Below are positions 9,900-19,215 of a DNA stretch of 40,033 bases, one piece after another. Numbering within the stretch: position 1 is the first letter of the stretch; each line of letters starts with the position of its first letter. This DNA comes from an uncultured Rickettsiales bacterium (GTDB taxonomy: Bacteria; Pseudomonadota; Alphaproteobacteria; Rickettsiales; JABIRX01), in NCBI GenBank assembly GCA_963991775.1, contig CAXDRM010000003.1, positions 1 to 40,033 of the forward strand. Reading direction: 5' to 3'. Below the pieces are notes generated by a model. The model had not been told where the DNA came from, searched no databases, and saw nothing but the letters and a program-made list of their open reading frames with translations. The position numbers and the translations under genes are program-made.

Positions 9900-9942
9900 T
9901 TGAATTAGAGTTTTGCAACGTATATAGATTTACATAAATCTA
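9900..9942 (+). promoter_or_regulatory. Candidate sigma70 promoter for the quinone oxidoreductase gene, overlapped by a perfect inverted repeat
   Basis: TTGAAT(9900)-N17-TATAGA(9923); inverted repeat TAGATTTA-CA-TAAATCTA at 9925-9942. The AT-rich context lowers specificity. Confidence 0.35.
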
Positions 9943-9949
9943 AGTAAAA

Positions 9950-10936
9950 TTGCAAATAGAGATGGTTAAATCTTATCAAATCTCCAAACCCGGAGATCCT
10001 AATGTTCTCAAACTTAAAAAATTCAAGCATGAGGAATTAAAGCCTCATCAATTAAAAATCAAAAATAACTTCATCCCAATTAACCATATGGATGTTCATC
10101 ATCGTAATGGTACATATAATGTTGGTGAGCTACCACAAGCTCTTGGTATTGCTGGAGTTGGTACCGTAATTGAAACTGGCCGAGCAGTACGAGACATTAA
10201 GGCAGGAGATCTCGTAGGTTATGCTACTTGCTTTTTAGGCTCATATAGTGAAGAAGTTATTATTGAGCGTAATATTGCTTTTGGCCTAAATAAAGATCTA
10301 CCTTTAGATCTAGTTGCAGCAACCATTGTACCAGCATTAACTGCTCATTATTTAATTTTTCGCACTTATTTCATAAAAAAAGAAGATTTCGTTCTAGTAA
10401 ATGGAGCTAGCGGTGCAGTTGGCAGCATGATCGCTCAATGGGTTAGCTCACTTGGTGGTAATGTAATTGGAGTTGTCGGTAGCAAAGCTAAAATTGCAGT
10501 AGCAAAAAGCAATGGTTGTAAAAATGTCATTGATTATAATAGCGAAGATGTCCTGCAAAGAGTTCTAGAGATTACCGACAATAATGGGGTTAATGTCATT
10601 TATGACTGCTATGGTAAAAAGTTTTTTGAACAAAATTGTGCCTGCTTAACTTATTTAGGTATATTAGTAAATTATGGTGACACTACAGGTATTATAGATA
10701 ATTTTGACCCAACCAAATTATGGGCTAAATCTTTATTTTATACTAAGCCTAATTTATCTCTTTATAAATCTAACCAGATGGAGTTAGTACTTTCTACTGA
10801 AACTATTTTTAAAGCAGTAAAAGATAAGATCTTACGCCCTAATTATAAGGTTGTAGATTTTAAAGATATCCCAAATATTCACCAACAGATTGAAGCAAGA
10901 AAAGTAATTGGTAGCTATGTAGCAAGAGTAGCATGA
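9950..10936 (+). CDS. qor: NADPH:quinone oxidoreductase, zeta-crystallin/MDR family (start may be ATG 9962)
   Basis: GDPNVL, TAHYL, VLVNGASGAVG Rossmann motif, IDYNSED, LVNYG. Confidence 0.85.
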   Translation: MQIEMVKSYQISKPGDPNVLKLKKFKHEELKPHQLKIKNNFIPINHMDVHHRNGTYNVGELPQALGIAGVGTVIETGRAVRDIKAGDLVGYATCFLGSYSEEVIIERNIAFGLNKDLPLDLVAATIVPALTAHYLIFRTYFIKKEDFVLVNGASGAVGSMIAQWVSSLGGNVIGVVGSKAKIAVAKSNGCKNVIDYNSEDVLQRVLEITDNNGVNVIYDCYGKKFFEQNCACLTYLGILVNYGDTTGIIDNFDPTKLWAKSLFYTKPNLSLYKSNQMELVLSTETIFKAVKDKILRPNYKVVDFKDIPNIHQQIEARKVIGSYVARVA

Positions 10937-10944
10937 AGTTAAGC

Positions 10945-11021
10945 TGGTCGGGGCAGAGAGATTTGAACTCCCGACCTCCTGGTCCCAAACCAGATGCGCT
11001 ACCAGACTGCGCTATGCCCCG
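10945..11021 (-). tRNA. tRNA-Pro (anticodon TGG)
   Basis: Minus strand CGGGGCATAGCGCAGTCTGGTAGCGCATCTGG-TTTGGGA-CCAGGAGGTCGGGAGTTCAAATCTCTCTGCCCCGACCA; cloverleaf with encoded CCA. Confidence 0.97.
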
Positions 11022-11032
11022 AGAAGTGACCT

Positions 11033-11060
11033 ACTATATGTTCATAAAAATAATTTGCAA
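11033..11060 (-). promoter_or_regulatory. Candidate sigma70 promoter of tRNA-Pro
   Basis: Minus strand TTGCAA-N16-TATAGT ending 11 nt upstream of the mature tRNA; the -35 box overlaps the A of the miaA ATG. Confidence 0.5.
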
Positions 11061-11968
11061 TGGATAAAATACTGATAATATGCGGTCCTACAGCTTCAGG
11101 TAAATCAGCTTTAAGCCTTAATTTAGCAGCTCTTTTACCTGCTGCTGAAATCATTAATGGCGATGTACTACAATGTTATAAAAAAATACCTATAATTTCT
11201 GCGCAACCAGATTTAAGTAATGTCACAATAGCTCATCATCTTTATAGCTTTTTAGATGTAACTGAAAATTTCTCAGTAGCTAAATGGCTTGATAAAATCG
11301 TTCCTTTAACCAAAGACATACTTGCTAAACAACATACACCAATCATAGTTGGTGGATCAGGCATGTATCTAAATAGCTTAATAAAAGGACTTAAAAAAAC
11401 TCCAGATATTCCGGCAGAAATTAGCGAGCAAACTAATCAGCTAGTTACACAAAAAGGCTTAACATATCTTTACCAACAGCTATGTGCTATTGACCCAAAC
11501 ACTACAGAATTACTCAATAATACAGATCCAACTCGTATCATTAGAGCCTATAATCTTTACCAAACTGCTAAGCTTACTCCTAGCGCATATCAAAAATTAG
11601 ATAATCATCAATTCTTTCCAAAAGATAGATTTATCATCTGCTATTTAAAGCCGGAACGTGAACAGCTCTATGAAAATTGTAATCAACGCTTTGCAGAAAT
11701 GTTAGAAAATGGCTTATTAGATGAGGTAAAATATCTAAATAACTACCCTAATGCTGCTGCCCATAAAGCAATTGGCTATAAAGAGTTTAGTGCATATCTT
11801 GCTGGAGAAAATAGCTATGCAGAAGCTTTAGAGCTAGCAAAACAAAATACTAGGCGTTATGCTAAAAGACAGATGACTTGGTTTAATAATCAGCTAGATG
11901 CTGAGTTTAATCTTATTAAAGCAACTAATCCTGACGATATAATCAAAGAGCTACAAAAATTATGCTAA
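11060..11968 (+). CDS. miaA: tRNA dimethylallyltransferase
   Basis: GPTASGKS P-loop, VGGSGMY, AIGYKE, TRRYAKRQMTW. Confidence 0.96.
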   Translation: MDKILIICGPTASGKSALSLNLAALLPAAEIINGDVLQCYKKIPIISAQPDLSNVTIAHHLYSFLDVTENFSVAKWLDKIVPLTKDILAKQHTPIIVGGSGMYLNSLIKGLKKTPDIPAEISEQTNQLVTQKGLTYLYQQLCAIDPNTTELLNNTDPTRIIRAYNLYQTAKLTPSAYQKLDNHQFFPKDRFIICYLKPEREQLYENCNQRFAEMLENGLLDEVKYLNNYPNAAAHKAIGYKEFSAYLAGENSYAEALELAKQNTRRYAKRQMTWFNNQLDAEFNLIKATNPDDIIKELQKLC

Positions 11969-12246
11969 GAAATACCTTACTTATCTTATTATTTATTTTT
12001 TTGATTTCTTTTGGCTTTGGTAATAATCAAATTATCGAAGTAAAAATTTTTTTTAATTTATTTACTGTTGAGACACAGCTTTATTTACTCTGCTTTGTCG
12101 CTTTTGTAGCAGGATTTATCTTATGTTATTTTCTGACTAGCTATAAATTAATTAAGCTTAAATATGCAGATTATAAACAACAAAGAGAGATAAAAAAATT
12201 AAAAAAACAACAAAGCTCAAGCACCGAGCTTAGTACAAATGACTAA
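11962..12246 (+). CDS. lapA: LapA-family (lipopolysaccharide assembly protein A) small membrane protein
   Basis: Two hydrophobic segments separated by NNQIIEV, then a basic coiled-coil tail; lies upstream of trpF, a position common in alphaproteobacteria. Confidence 0.6.
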   Translation: MLRNTLLILLFIFLISFGFGNNQIIEVKIFFNLFTVETQLYLLCFVAFVAGFILCYFLTSYKLIKLKYADYKQQREIKKLKKQQSSSTELSTND

Positions 12247-12889
12247 AAAATATCAGCTAAAAATTTGTGGCATTAATGATTTGGCAAGCTTAGAATTTTG
12301 CTTAAATTATCATTATCAGCCTGATTTTCTTGGCTTTATCTTTTATCCCAAATCTCCAAGAAATATCGATCTAAATTTTGCCAAAAAATGTAATAGCTAT
12401 AATTTTGCTAAAATAAAAAAAGTTGCGGTTACTGTTAATGCTAGCTTTGCTGAATTAGCAGAAATAGATAAAGCTTTAGCACCAGATATTATTCAATTAC
12501 ATGGTGATGAAGATTTAGCTTATATCAAAAAATTACGCACAAAGTTTAAAGGTAAAATCAGCAAAGCTTTAGGTATAGCAACAAATACTGACTTAGCAAA
12601 AATTGCAACTTATCAAGCAGAAATTGATTATTTTTTATTTGATACTAAATCAACAAATTACGGTGGTACAGGGCAAAAATTTGATTGGAAAATATTAGCA
12701 GAACTGAATATAGACCAGCCCTATTTTTTATCTGGTGGCTTAAATAGCAGTAATATCCATAATGCTTTTCAAGATACTAAAGCAAAATATTTTGATCTTT
12801 CCTCAGGAGTTGAGTTGCAAAAAGGCATAAAAGATACTAAAAAGATTGCAGAAATTTTAGATATTTTTAAACAAAAAAATGAAGCGTAA
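12239..12889 (+). CDS. trpF: Phosphoribosylanthranilate isomerase
   Basis: [43 protein letters not shown]. Confidence 0.96.
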   Translation: MTKKYQLKICGINDLASLEFCLNYHYQPDFLGFIFYPKSPRNIDLNFAKKCNSYNFAKIKKVAVTVNASFAELAEIDKALAPDIIQLHGDEDLAYIKKLRTKFKGKISKALGIATNTDLAKIATYQAEIDYFLFDTKSTNYGGTGQKFDWKILAELNIDQPYFLSGGLNSSNIHNAFQDTKAKYFDLSSGVELQKGIKDTKKIAEILDIFKQKNEA

Positions 12890-14075
12890 AGAGCTTAACA
12901 AAACTGGATATTTTGGCGATTATGGTGGGCGTTACATTCCTGAGACTTTAATGCCGCTTATTTTAGAAATTGAAGCTGCATATAAAAAATTTTCTAAAAG
13001 CCCGCAATTTAAAAAAGAGCTAAAATATCTCAACAAATATTACACTGGCCGACCTTCACCTTTATATTTTGCAAAAAACCTAACTGAGCATTTAGGTGGT
13101 GCAAAAATCTATCTAAAAAGAGATGAGTTAAATCATACTGGCTCTCATAAAATCAATAATTGTATTGGCCAAATACTTCTTGCGAAATATATGGGCAAAA
13201 CACGTATCATAGCTGAGACTGGTGCAGGTCAGCATGGCGTTGCAACTGCTACAGTTTGTGCCCTATTTAAAATTCCTTGTGTGGTATATATGGGTGCTAA
13301 GGATATTGAAAGACAGCAACCTAATGTGTTTCGCATGAAATTACTCGGGGCAGAAGTTAGAAGTGTAGATGTTGGTAGCGGCACTTTAAAAGCAGCAATG
13401 AATGAAGCTATGCGTGACTGGGTAGCAAATGTGCAAGATACTTATTATGTAATTGGTACAGCTGCTGGCCCGCATCCTTATCCTTTAATGGTTAGAAATT
13501 TTCAAAGTATTATCGGTAAAGAAGCGCGTAAACAAATTTTACGTATAGAAAAAAAGCTACCTAAGGCTGTGGTTGCCTGTATTGGTGGCGGCTCTAATGC
13601 TTTAGGCTTATTTCATGGTTTTATTAAAGATAAAAAAACCGAGCTTATTGGTGTTGAAGCTGCTGGCCAAGGTTTAGAAACTGAGCAATATGCAGCCTCA
13701 TTACATAAGGGTCAGCCAGGAGTTTTACATGGTAATAAATCTTATTATATTCAGGATAAAAATGGTCAAATTGCTGATACATATTCAATATCTGCTGGCC
13801 TAGATTACCCAGGTATTGGACCTGAACATGCTTATTTATATGATAGTAAAAGAGCTAAATATGCAGCAAGCACCGATCAAGAAGCATTATCTGCCTTTAA
13901 ATTACTTTCAAGATTAGAAGGTATCATCCCTGCTCTTGAACCTTCTCATGCTTTAGCATATGTAAGCAAAATTGCTAAAAACTATAAAAAATCAGATATT
14001 ATTCTACTTAATCTATGTGGTCGTGGTGATAAGGATATTTTTACTGCAGCTAAATTTTTAGGTGAGGAATTATGA
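12879..14075 (+). CDS. trpB: Tryptophan synthase beta chain
   Basis: [11 protein letters not shown] (PLP Lys), [34 protein letters not shown]. Confidence 0.98.
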   Translation: MKRKELNKTGYFGDYGGRYIPETLMPLILEIEAAYKKFSKSPQFKKELKYLNKYYTGRPSPLYFAKNLTEHLGGAKIYLKRDELNHTGSHKINNCIGQILLAKYMGKTRIIAETGAGQHGVATATVCALFKIPCVVYMGAKDIERQQPNVFRMKLLGAEVRSVDVGSGTLKAAMNEAMRDWVANVQDTYYVIGTAAGPHPYPLMVRNFQSIIGKEARKQILRIEKKLPKAVVACIGGGSNALGLFHGFIKDKKTELIGVEAAGQGLETEQYAASLHKGQPGVLHGNKSYYIQDKNGQIADTYSISAGLDYPGIGPEHAYLYDSKRAKYAASTDQEALSAFKLLSRLEGIIPALEPSHALAYVSKIAKNYKKSDIILLNLCGRGDKDIFTAAKFLGEEL

Positions 14076-14860
14076 GTAAAATCAATAATAAATTAGCGAC
14101 TATAAATAAAACTGCTTTAGTTTCTTATGTAGTTGCAGGTGATCCAGATTTGCAAACCTCTTATAAAATTTGTGAGACTTTAATTAAAACTGGCACTGAT
14201 ATTATTGAATTAGGCATGCCTTTTTCTGACCCAGTTGCTGATGGTGCAACCATTCAAAATGCTGCAAATCGCGCTTTAAAGCAAAATATTAATTTAGAAA
14301 ATTGCTTTAGCTTAGCTAAAAAGCTTGGTGAAAAATATAGCGAAACTCCTATAATTTTAATGGGTTATCTCAACCCTATTTTGCATTATGGTGTCAGCAA
14401 ATTTATTAAGGCTGCAGAACAGCATAATATCTCTGGCTTAATCATTGTTGATTTACCCTTAGAAGAGTTAGAAAATTATCCAGAACTTAGAAACTCACGT
14501 AAATTACCAGTGATACCTTTAGTCACACCTTTAACTAGTATGTCACGCCTGCAAAAAATGTCTGATAGTATGGCTGCTTTTATTTATTTCATTTCAGTAT
14601 TTGGTATTACAGGCAGCAAAACCCCTGATCTTAAAAAAGTTGAGCGCGAGTTAAATTACATTAAGAAACATATTAAGAAAAAAATCGCTGTAGGTTTTGG
14701 CATTAATAATGCTGAACAAATTAAAAGCTTACGCAAATTTAGCGATTTAGTGGTAATTGGTTCGGCTTATTGTAAAATTATCGAAGCACATCTTAGTGAG
14801 CCTAAAATAATGCTCGAACAGCTCGCATCTTTCAATCAGCAGATTAGTAGTAACCTCTAA
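14072..14860 (+). CDS. trpA: Tryptophan synthase alpha chain
   Basis: [33 protein letters not shown]; ATGA overlap with trpB. Confidence 0.97.
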   Translation: MSKINNKLATINKTALVSYVVAGDPDLQTSYKICETLIKTGTDIIELGMPFSDPVADGATIQNAANRALKQNINLENCFSLAKKLGEKYSETPIILMGYLNPILHYGVSKFIKAAEQHNISGLIIVDLPLEELENYPELRNSRKLPVIPLVTPLTSMSRLQKMSDSMAAFIYFISVFGITGSKTPDLKKVERELNYIKKHIKKKIAVGFGINNAEQIKSLRKFSDLVVIGSAYCKIIEAHLSEPKIMLEQLASFNQQISSNL

Positions 14861-14897
14861 GAATCGGGATCAAACTCAACAACTCTCTCAATAGTTT

Positions 14898-15767
14898 TTA
14901 AGGACCATCAAGGGTGATAGCCCATTTATCACTTAGATAGCTTTCCATTGTTGCGATATCTGAAGAACTTAACACTGTATTATACATAATTATTTCAGCA
15001 ATATTAGCTCCAGCAGAAGGAGAGTTAGATAGCAACTTACCGATAGTTTCAATGTAACTAGAACCATTATAAGCACTATTACCCGAATTAGTTATTGTAC
15101 TACCATCAATATTTAAACTTCTTGTTAAATTATCTGCATCATAGGTAATTACTAAGATTCTTTCGATACCTTGCTGGTTTCCTGAAAGACCTGAAAAAGT
15201 AACATTTCCACCAGCACCCCATGAAAAAGTAGTTGAAGATCCGTAACGCAAAGTCTGCCTATTTGCAGATGTAGCAGATAATATTTGACCACCTACAGAG
15301 CTGGCATTTGGCTCAGCAACAACAAAAATAGTCGTGTTCGTAAAATCAATACGCGAAGAAAAATCTAAAAACTCTGAACCTTGTTCAAAATCTATAACAT
15401 TTAGTGAATTTATGGTAGAGCTATTAGTATCTGGCTGAGCTGAACTAGATGTTTGTACAGCATGATTGGCTGCATTTGACTTGTCATCCCATTGTGACAC
15501 ATTTCCTCCAGACTCGGTTATTGTATCAGCATCGGAAGCATCGAGCCATAAGATTAAACCTGAAGTAACTGGCAATCCCTCCTCTCCACCTTCTTCTGCA
15601 GAGTCTGAGGATTCTCCTGACTCCCAATCATTATCAGATTGATTTAAAGCTACTAAACTACCGGCATTACTTACCAATTTTTTACTTACGGATACGACAC
15701 CAAATACTAATGCCAAAGCTATAATTACAACAGATAACTCTATAAGAGTAAAACCACCTTTATTCAT
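14898..15767 (-). CDS. Prepilin-type N-terminal cleavage/methylation protein with acidic linker and predicted LamG/concanavalin-like beta-sandwich domain
   Basis: MNKGG|FTLIEL class III signal with Glu5. ATG 15767 has an AAGGA RBS, so it is preferred over the track's GTG 15788. The C-terminal part LILWLDASD...VSQWDDKS...IAEIIMYNTVLS...YLSDKW is typical of LamG-like folds. Confidence 0.8.
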   Translation of the reverse strand: MNKGGFTLIELSVVIIALALVFGVVSVSKKLVSNAGSLVALNQSDNDWESGESSDSAEEGGEEGLPVTSGLILWLDASDADTITESGGNVSQWDDKSNAANHAVQTSSSAQPDTNSSTINSLNVIDFEQGSEFLDFSSRIDFTNTTIFVVAEPNASSVGGQILSATSANRQTLRYGSSTTFSWGAGGNVTFSGLSGNQQGIERILVITYDADNLTRSLNIDGSTITNSGNSAYNGSSYIETIGKLLSNSPSAGANIAEIIMYNTVLSSSDIATMESYLSDKWAITLDGP

Positions 15768-15828
15768 AATTTTCCTTTTGAATTTCACCTTAAAAGAAAA
15801 AATTTTATATACAACCTATACTATAATA

Positions 15829-17073
15829 TTAATTATCTAGATCAAAGGCACTATGCAGTGCTTTTACAGTTGTTTCTATATCAGACTCATTTATTAAAAC
15901 TGAGATTTTAATTTCAGAAGTAGTGATATTAATAATATTTACATCCTGCTCTGCCATAACTTGGAAAACTTTTTGTGCGGTACCTGGATGATCTTGCATA
16001 CCAATGCCAATTACTGAAACTTTTGCTAAATTTTTAGCAGAAGAAATATCATCACAATTAAATACTTGCTGATCAACAGCATTATTTAATGCATTAAGCG
16101 CAGCAGCTAGCTCAGTATCTTTCATAGTAAAAGTTACTGTTGCAGTTTTTTCATCAGGACTAATATTTTGGATAATCATATCAATATTAATATTAGCAGC
16201 GCCTAATGGTTTAAAAATCTCTGCTACTACACCTGGAGTATTTTTAACATTTTTTAAAGTAACTTTAGCCTCATTTTTAGAATGAGCTACAGCAGTAATT
16301 AATCTTTGTTCCATAATTTCCTCATTACTTACAATTAAACTACCAGGACTTTCTGTAAAACTAGAAAGCACCTGAACTTTTACCTGATGTTTAGCAGCCA
16401 TCTCCACTGCTCTAATTTGCAGCACTTTTGCACCAAGTGAAGCCATTTCCATAATTTCATCATAGCTAACTTTTGCTAATTGAGTAGCTTTTGGCACAAT
16501 TCTTGGATCTGCAGTATAAACTCCTGTTACATCAGTATAAATATCGCATCTTTCTGCTTTTAATGCAGCAGCTACTGCCACAGCAGAAGTATCAGAACCA
16601 CCGCGTCCCATAGTTGAAATACGATTATCTGGATCGATACCCTGAAAACCAGCAAGCACTGGAATATAATCAGCCGCTAAAGCTTCATGAAAAATATCTG
16701 CATCTATTCTTTCAATGCGTGATTTAGCATAGGCTTTATTGGTTTTAATGCCCGCTTGCCAACCTAAGAAAGAGCGCGATTTAAAGCCTAATGATTGCAG
16801 CTCTAAAGCTAGAAGACCTGAAGTAACCTGTTCGCCAGAAGAAATTATCGAATCATATTCAGCAAGTTGATTAGGATCTACTAAATCAGAAACCTCACGC
16901 GCATAGCCTATTAATTGCTCAGTTACACCAGACATAGCAGAAACTACCACAATTACTTGATTATTTTTTTTGCGTTCAGCTGCAACTAATTTTGCTGCAT
17001 GTTTAATGCGCTCAATATTTGCAACTGAAGTTCCACCAAATTTTTGAACTATTAAAGCCATCTTACTCATCAA
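15829..17073 (-). CDS. lysC: Aspartate kinase
   Basis: VQKFGGTSV, VVSAM, GRGGSDTSA, YTDVTGVYTADPR, two ACT domains, TSEIKIS. Confidence 0.97.
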   Translation of the reverse strand: MMSKMALIVQKFGGTSVANIERIKHAAKLVAAERKKNNQVIVVVSAMSGVTEQLIGYAREVSDLVDPNQLAEYDSIISSGEQVTSGLLALELQSLGFKSRSFLGWQAGIKTNKAYAKSRIERIDADIFHEALAADYIPVLAGFQGIDPDNRISTMGRGGSDTSAVAVAAALKAERCDIYTDVTGVYTADPRIVPKATQLAKVSYDEIMEMASLGAKVLQIRAVEMAAKHQVKVQVLSSFTESPGSLIVSNEEIMEQRLITAVAHSKNEAKVTLKNVKNTPGVVAEIFKPLGAANINIDMIIQNISPDEKTATVTFTMKDTELAAALNALNNAVDQQVFNCDDISSAKNLAKVSVIGIGMQDHPGTAQKVFQVMAEQDVNIINITTSEIKISVLINESDIETTVKALHSAFDLDN

Positions 17074-17185
17074 TTTTTAGAGTGAGACAGTATAATATGG
17101 CAGATCTCACATGTCTTTAATTAATTTTATTTTAATTTAGTTTTAGTTACTCATCTATATTATCAGTTTATAAAATGTATTTGTT

Positions 17186-17644
17186 ATGCAACAACAAGAA
17201 TTCAAAAAATTAGTCGGAAAATTTAGTACTGGAGTAACAGTTATTACTGGAAATTATGCAGCTAATAATTTTGGCTTTACCGCGAGCTCTTTTGCTTCAT
17301 TATCTCTTGAGCCGCTATTGGTAAGTTTTAACATTGCAAATGATGCTGGCTGTTTTGCTTTAATAAAAAATAGCACTTATTTAAATATTAATATTTTAGC
17401 TAAAGAGCAAAAGGATTTAGCTTATCGCTTCGCTAAAAGAGATGCAGATAAATTTGCAGAAACAAATTTTACTATCAATCAGTTTAACATTCCTAAACTT
17501 GTTAATTCTTTAGCTATTTTGGAGGGTAAAATTCAACAAATTATTCCAGCGGGTGATCATCATATTGTAGTTTTAGAGATATTTAAAGGTAGTGAGAATA
17601 AAAATTTAGAACCATTAATTTATTATTCTGGGGTAATTGCATAG
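17186..17644 (+). CDS. Flavin reductase family protein (HpaC/DIM6-NTAB-like)
   Basis: FSTGVTVIT, SLSLEP, AGDHHI, PLIYY motifs. Confidence 0.9.
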   Translation: MQQQEFKKLVGKFSTGVTVITGNYAANNFGFTASSFASLSLEPLLVSFNIANDAGCFALIKNSTYLNINILAKEQKDLAYRFAKRDADKFAETNFTINQFNIPKLVNSLAILEGKIQQIIPAGDHHIVVLEIFKGSENKNLEPLIYYSGVIA

Positions 17645-17647
17645 CTT

Positions 17648-18367
17648 ATGAGTGTTAATCAAAATGAGATAAAAAAATTTGAAGCGATTGCTGCTGAATG
17701 GTGGGATCCAAATGGAAAGTTTAAGCCTTTACATAAATTTAATCCGATTAGAATGGGTTATGTAATTAAAAAAATTTGCAGCATTAAAAACATAGATTTT
17801 TCTAAAAATAAGCCTTTAGATAAAATTGATATTTTAGATGTTGGTTGTGGTGGTGGCTTAGTAGCTGAGCCTTTAAATTTTAAAGGAGCTAAGGTTACAG
17901 CTATAGACCCTTCTGAAAAAAATATTGCTGTAGCAAAATTACATGCAAAACAAAGCAAGGCTGAGATTAACTATCAACAAACTTCTATTCATGATTTGCC
18001 TAAAAGTAAGAAATTTTCTGTGATTACTTGTTTAGAGGTAATTGAGCATGTAGATGATCCTGACGAATTTATCAGAGAGATTGCAAAACATTTAAAGCCT
18101 GGTGGAATTTTGTTTGTAGCCACTTTAAATAGAACTTTAAAATCTTTATTATTTGCCAAATTTGCAGCGGAATATATTTTGCGTTGGTTGCCTAAAGGTA
18201 CACATGAATTTGATAAATTTTTGAAGCCGCATGAGATTACCAATTTTCTTGAAGGTCAGGTAAAGTTGGTTGATGCTAAAGGTTTTAGCTATAATATTTT
18301 ATCTGATTCTTGGCAGATTAATAATGATTTAAGCCAAAATTACATTTTGTGCTTTACTCACGCTTAG
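17648..18367 (+). CDS. ubiG: Ubiquinone biosynthesis O-methyltransferase
   Basis: WWDPNGKFKPLHKFNPIR, LDVGCGGG, EVIEHV, AEYILRWLPKGTH. Confidence 0.97.
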   Translation: MSVNQNEIKKFEAIAAEWWDPNGKFKPLHKFNPIRMGYVIKKICSIKNIDFSKNKPLDKIDILDVGCGGGLVAEPLNFKGAKVTAIDPSEKNIAVAKLHAKQSKAEINYQQTSIHDLPKSKKFSVITCLEVIEHVDDPDEFIREIAKHLKPGGILFVATLNRTLKSLLFAKFAAEYILRWLPKGTHEFDKFLKPHEITNFLEGQVKLVDAKGFSYNILSDSWQINNDLSQNYILCFTHA

Positions 18368-18410
18368 CTTTGTATATATTGCTTTGGTCGTATGAGCGAT
18401 AGTTGTTAGG

Positions 18411-18473
18411 CCTAACCTTGGCCCTTCAGCCCTTCGACAGGCTCAGGAGAACCAAGCTCAGGCACCGGTTAGG
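18411..18473 (+). repeat. Short REP-like hairpin nested inside a second copy, enclosed by a CCTAACC/GGTTAGG inverted repeat
   Basis: GCCCTTC-A-[GCCCTTCGACAGGCTCAGGAGAACC]-AAGCTCAGGCACCGG. Confidence 0.75.
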
Positions 18474-18567
18474 TTTTTAATCGGTATAGTGCTAGTCTAT
18501 TTTTGACGCACTAAAGTTTATAAAAAGCGGAGCGTACATCTAGTATGTGAGTATTTTTATAAAACTT
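18474..18567 (+). repeat. RPE-like element, partial copy (left end plus core hairpin)
   Basis: Arms AAGTTTATAAAAA (18514-18526) and TTTTTATAAAACTT (18554-18567) around GCGGAGCGTACATCTAGTATGTGAGTA; preceded by the 31-bp left-end unit. Confidence 0.8.
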
Positions 18568-18577
18568 AACTATGACC

Positions 18578-18627
18578 GGGTCTCTCGGTACAATTTGTGG
18601 ATTTAAACCACAAATCACTCGAGAACC
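18578..18627 (+). repeat. REP-like element, full copy
   Basis: GGGTCTCTCGGTACA-ATTTGTGG-ATTTAAA-CCACAAAT-CACTCGAGAACC; ends match 39965-40012 and the reverse complement of 29425-29469. Confidence 0.9.
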
Positions 18628-18638
18628 TAGTTTGTTTT

Positions 18639-18782
18639 AGTTGCTATATAGTTATTTTTAATAAGCATAGTATTAGCTTATTTTTGGTTGCTATATGTTT
18701 ATTTTTTAATGGGTATAGTGCTAGTCTATTTTTGGTGAGATTTATTAGTTATTTTTAATGGGCGTAGTATTAGTCTATTTTT
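18639..18782 (+). repeat. Degenerate tandem repeat of three units (47, 48 and 49 bp)
   Basis: Units 18639-18685, 18686-18733 and 18734-18782 each end in TTTTTAATRRGYRTAGTRYTAG..TATTTTT; 18474-18504 matches the end of unit 2 at 30 of 31 bases. Confidence 0.85.
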
Positions 18783-18903
18783 AGTGAGCTAACATTAAAA
18801 AAACACGGAGTGTACATATAGTACATGAGTATTTTTTTTAATGTTGAGCGAGCTACTCCGCTGAAATTGTAAAGTTTTAACTTTTCAATTTCAGAAAATG
18901 GAC
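18773..18903 (+). repeat. RPE-like element, full copy upstream of tRNA-Arg
   Basis: Terminal arms GTCTATTTT/AAAATGGAC; hairpin 1 AACATTAAAAAAA/TTTTTTTAATGTT around CGGAGTGTAC...GTACATGAG; hairpin 2 CTGAAATTG-T-AAAGTT/AACTTT-T-CAATTTCAG (18861-18894). Confidence 0.75.
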
Positions 18904-18923
18904 AATAATACGCCCATTAAAAA

Positions 18924-19000
<77 letters not shown>

Positions 19001-19012
19001 TTTGGACATGCT

Positions 19013-19181
19013 TTAAACCAACATGTCGTGCAGACTTTTATAAAATACAGTACTTTATAAGCACTGTATTTTATCAGAGTGACTCGCTTCAACTATTTTA
19101 AAATACTCACGTATGTCTGTATACGCTGCGTTTTTAAAAAGTTGAGCTCGTCAAAAATTCAAGCACGCTCTATTGGTTTAA
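19013..19181 (-). repeat. RPE-like element, full copy in inverted orientation downstream of tRNA-Arg
   Basis: Terminal arms TTAAACCAA/TTGGTTTAA and CGTGC/GCACG; hairpin ATAAAATACAGT/ACTGTATTTTAT (19040-19074); core hairpin 19081-19152, whose reverse complement reads CGCAGCGTATAC...TACGTGAGTATTTT. Confidence 0.85.
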
Positions 19182-19215
19182 GATGCAGCCCACAAAAAAC
19201 TCTAAGTATAAAAAC

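Noticed and set aside
17121-17135. CtrA-like box TTAA-N7-TTAA between lysC and the flavin reductase gene
   Set aside because: It lies in an almost pure A/T tract where the match is expected by chance, and the flanking genes are not typical CtrA targets.
17074-17185. Lysine riboswitch upstream of lysC, or attenuators upstream of the his/trp/leu genes
   Set aside because: The lysC gap is too short and AT-rich for a lysine riboswitch, and no leader peptides with runs of His, Trp or Leu codons were seen.
18474-18790. CRISPR array (about 31-bp repeats with intervening sequence)
   Set aside because: The intervening pieces are only about 17 bp and resemble each other, the repeats are degenerate, and no cas genes are present. 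It is a tandem repeat.
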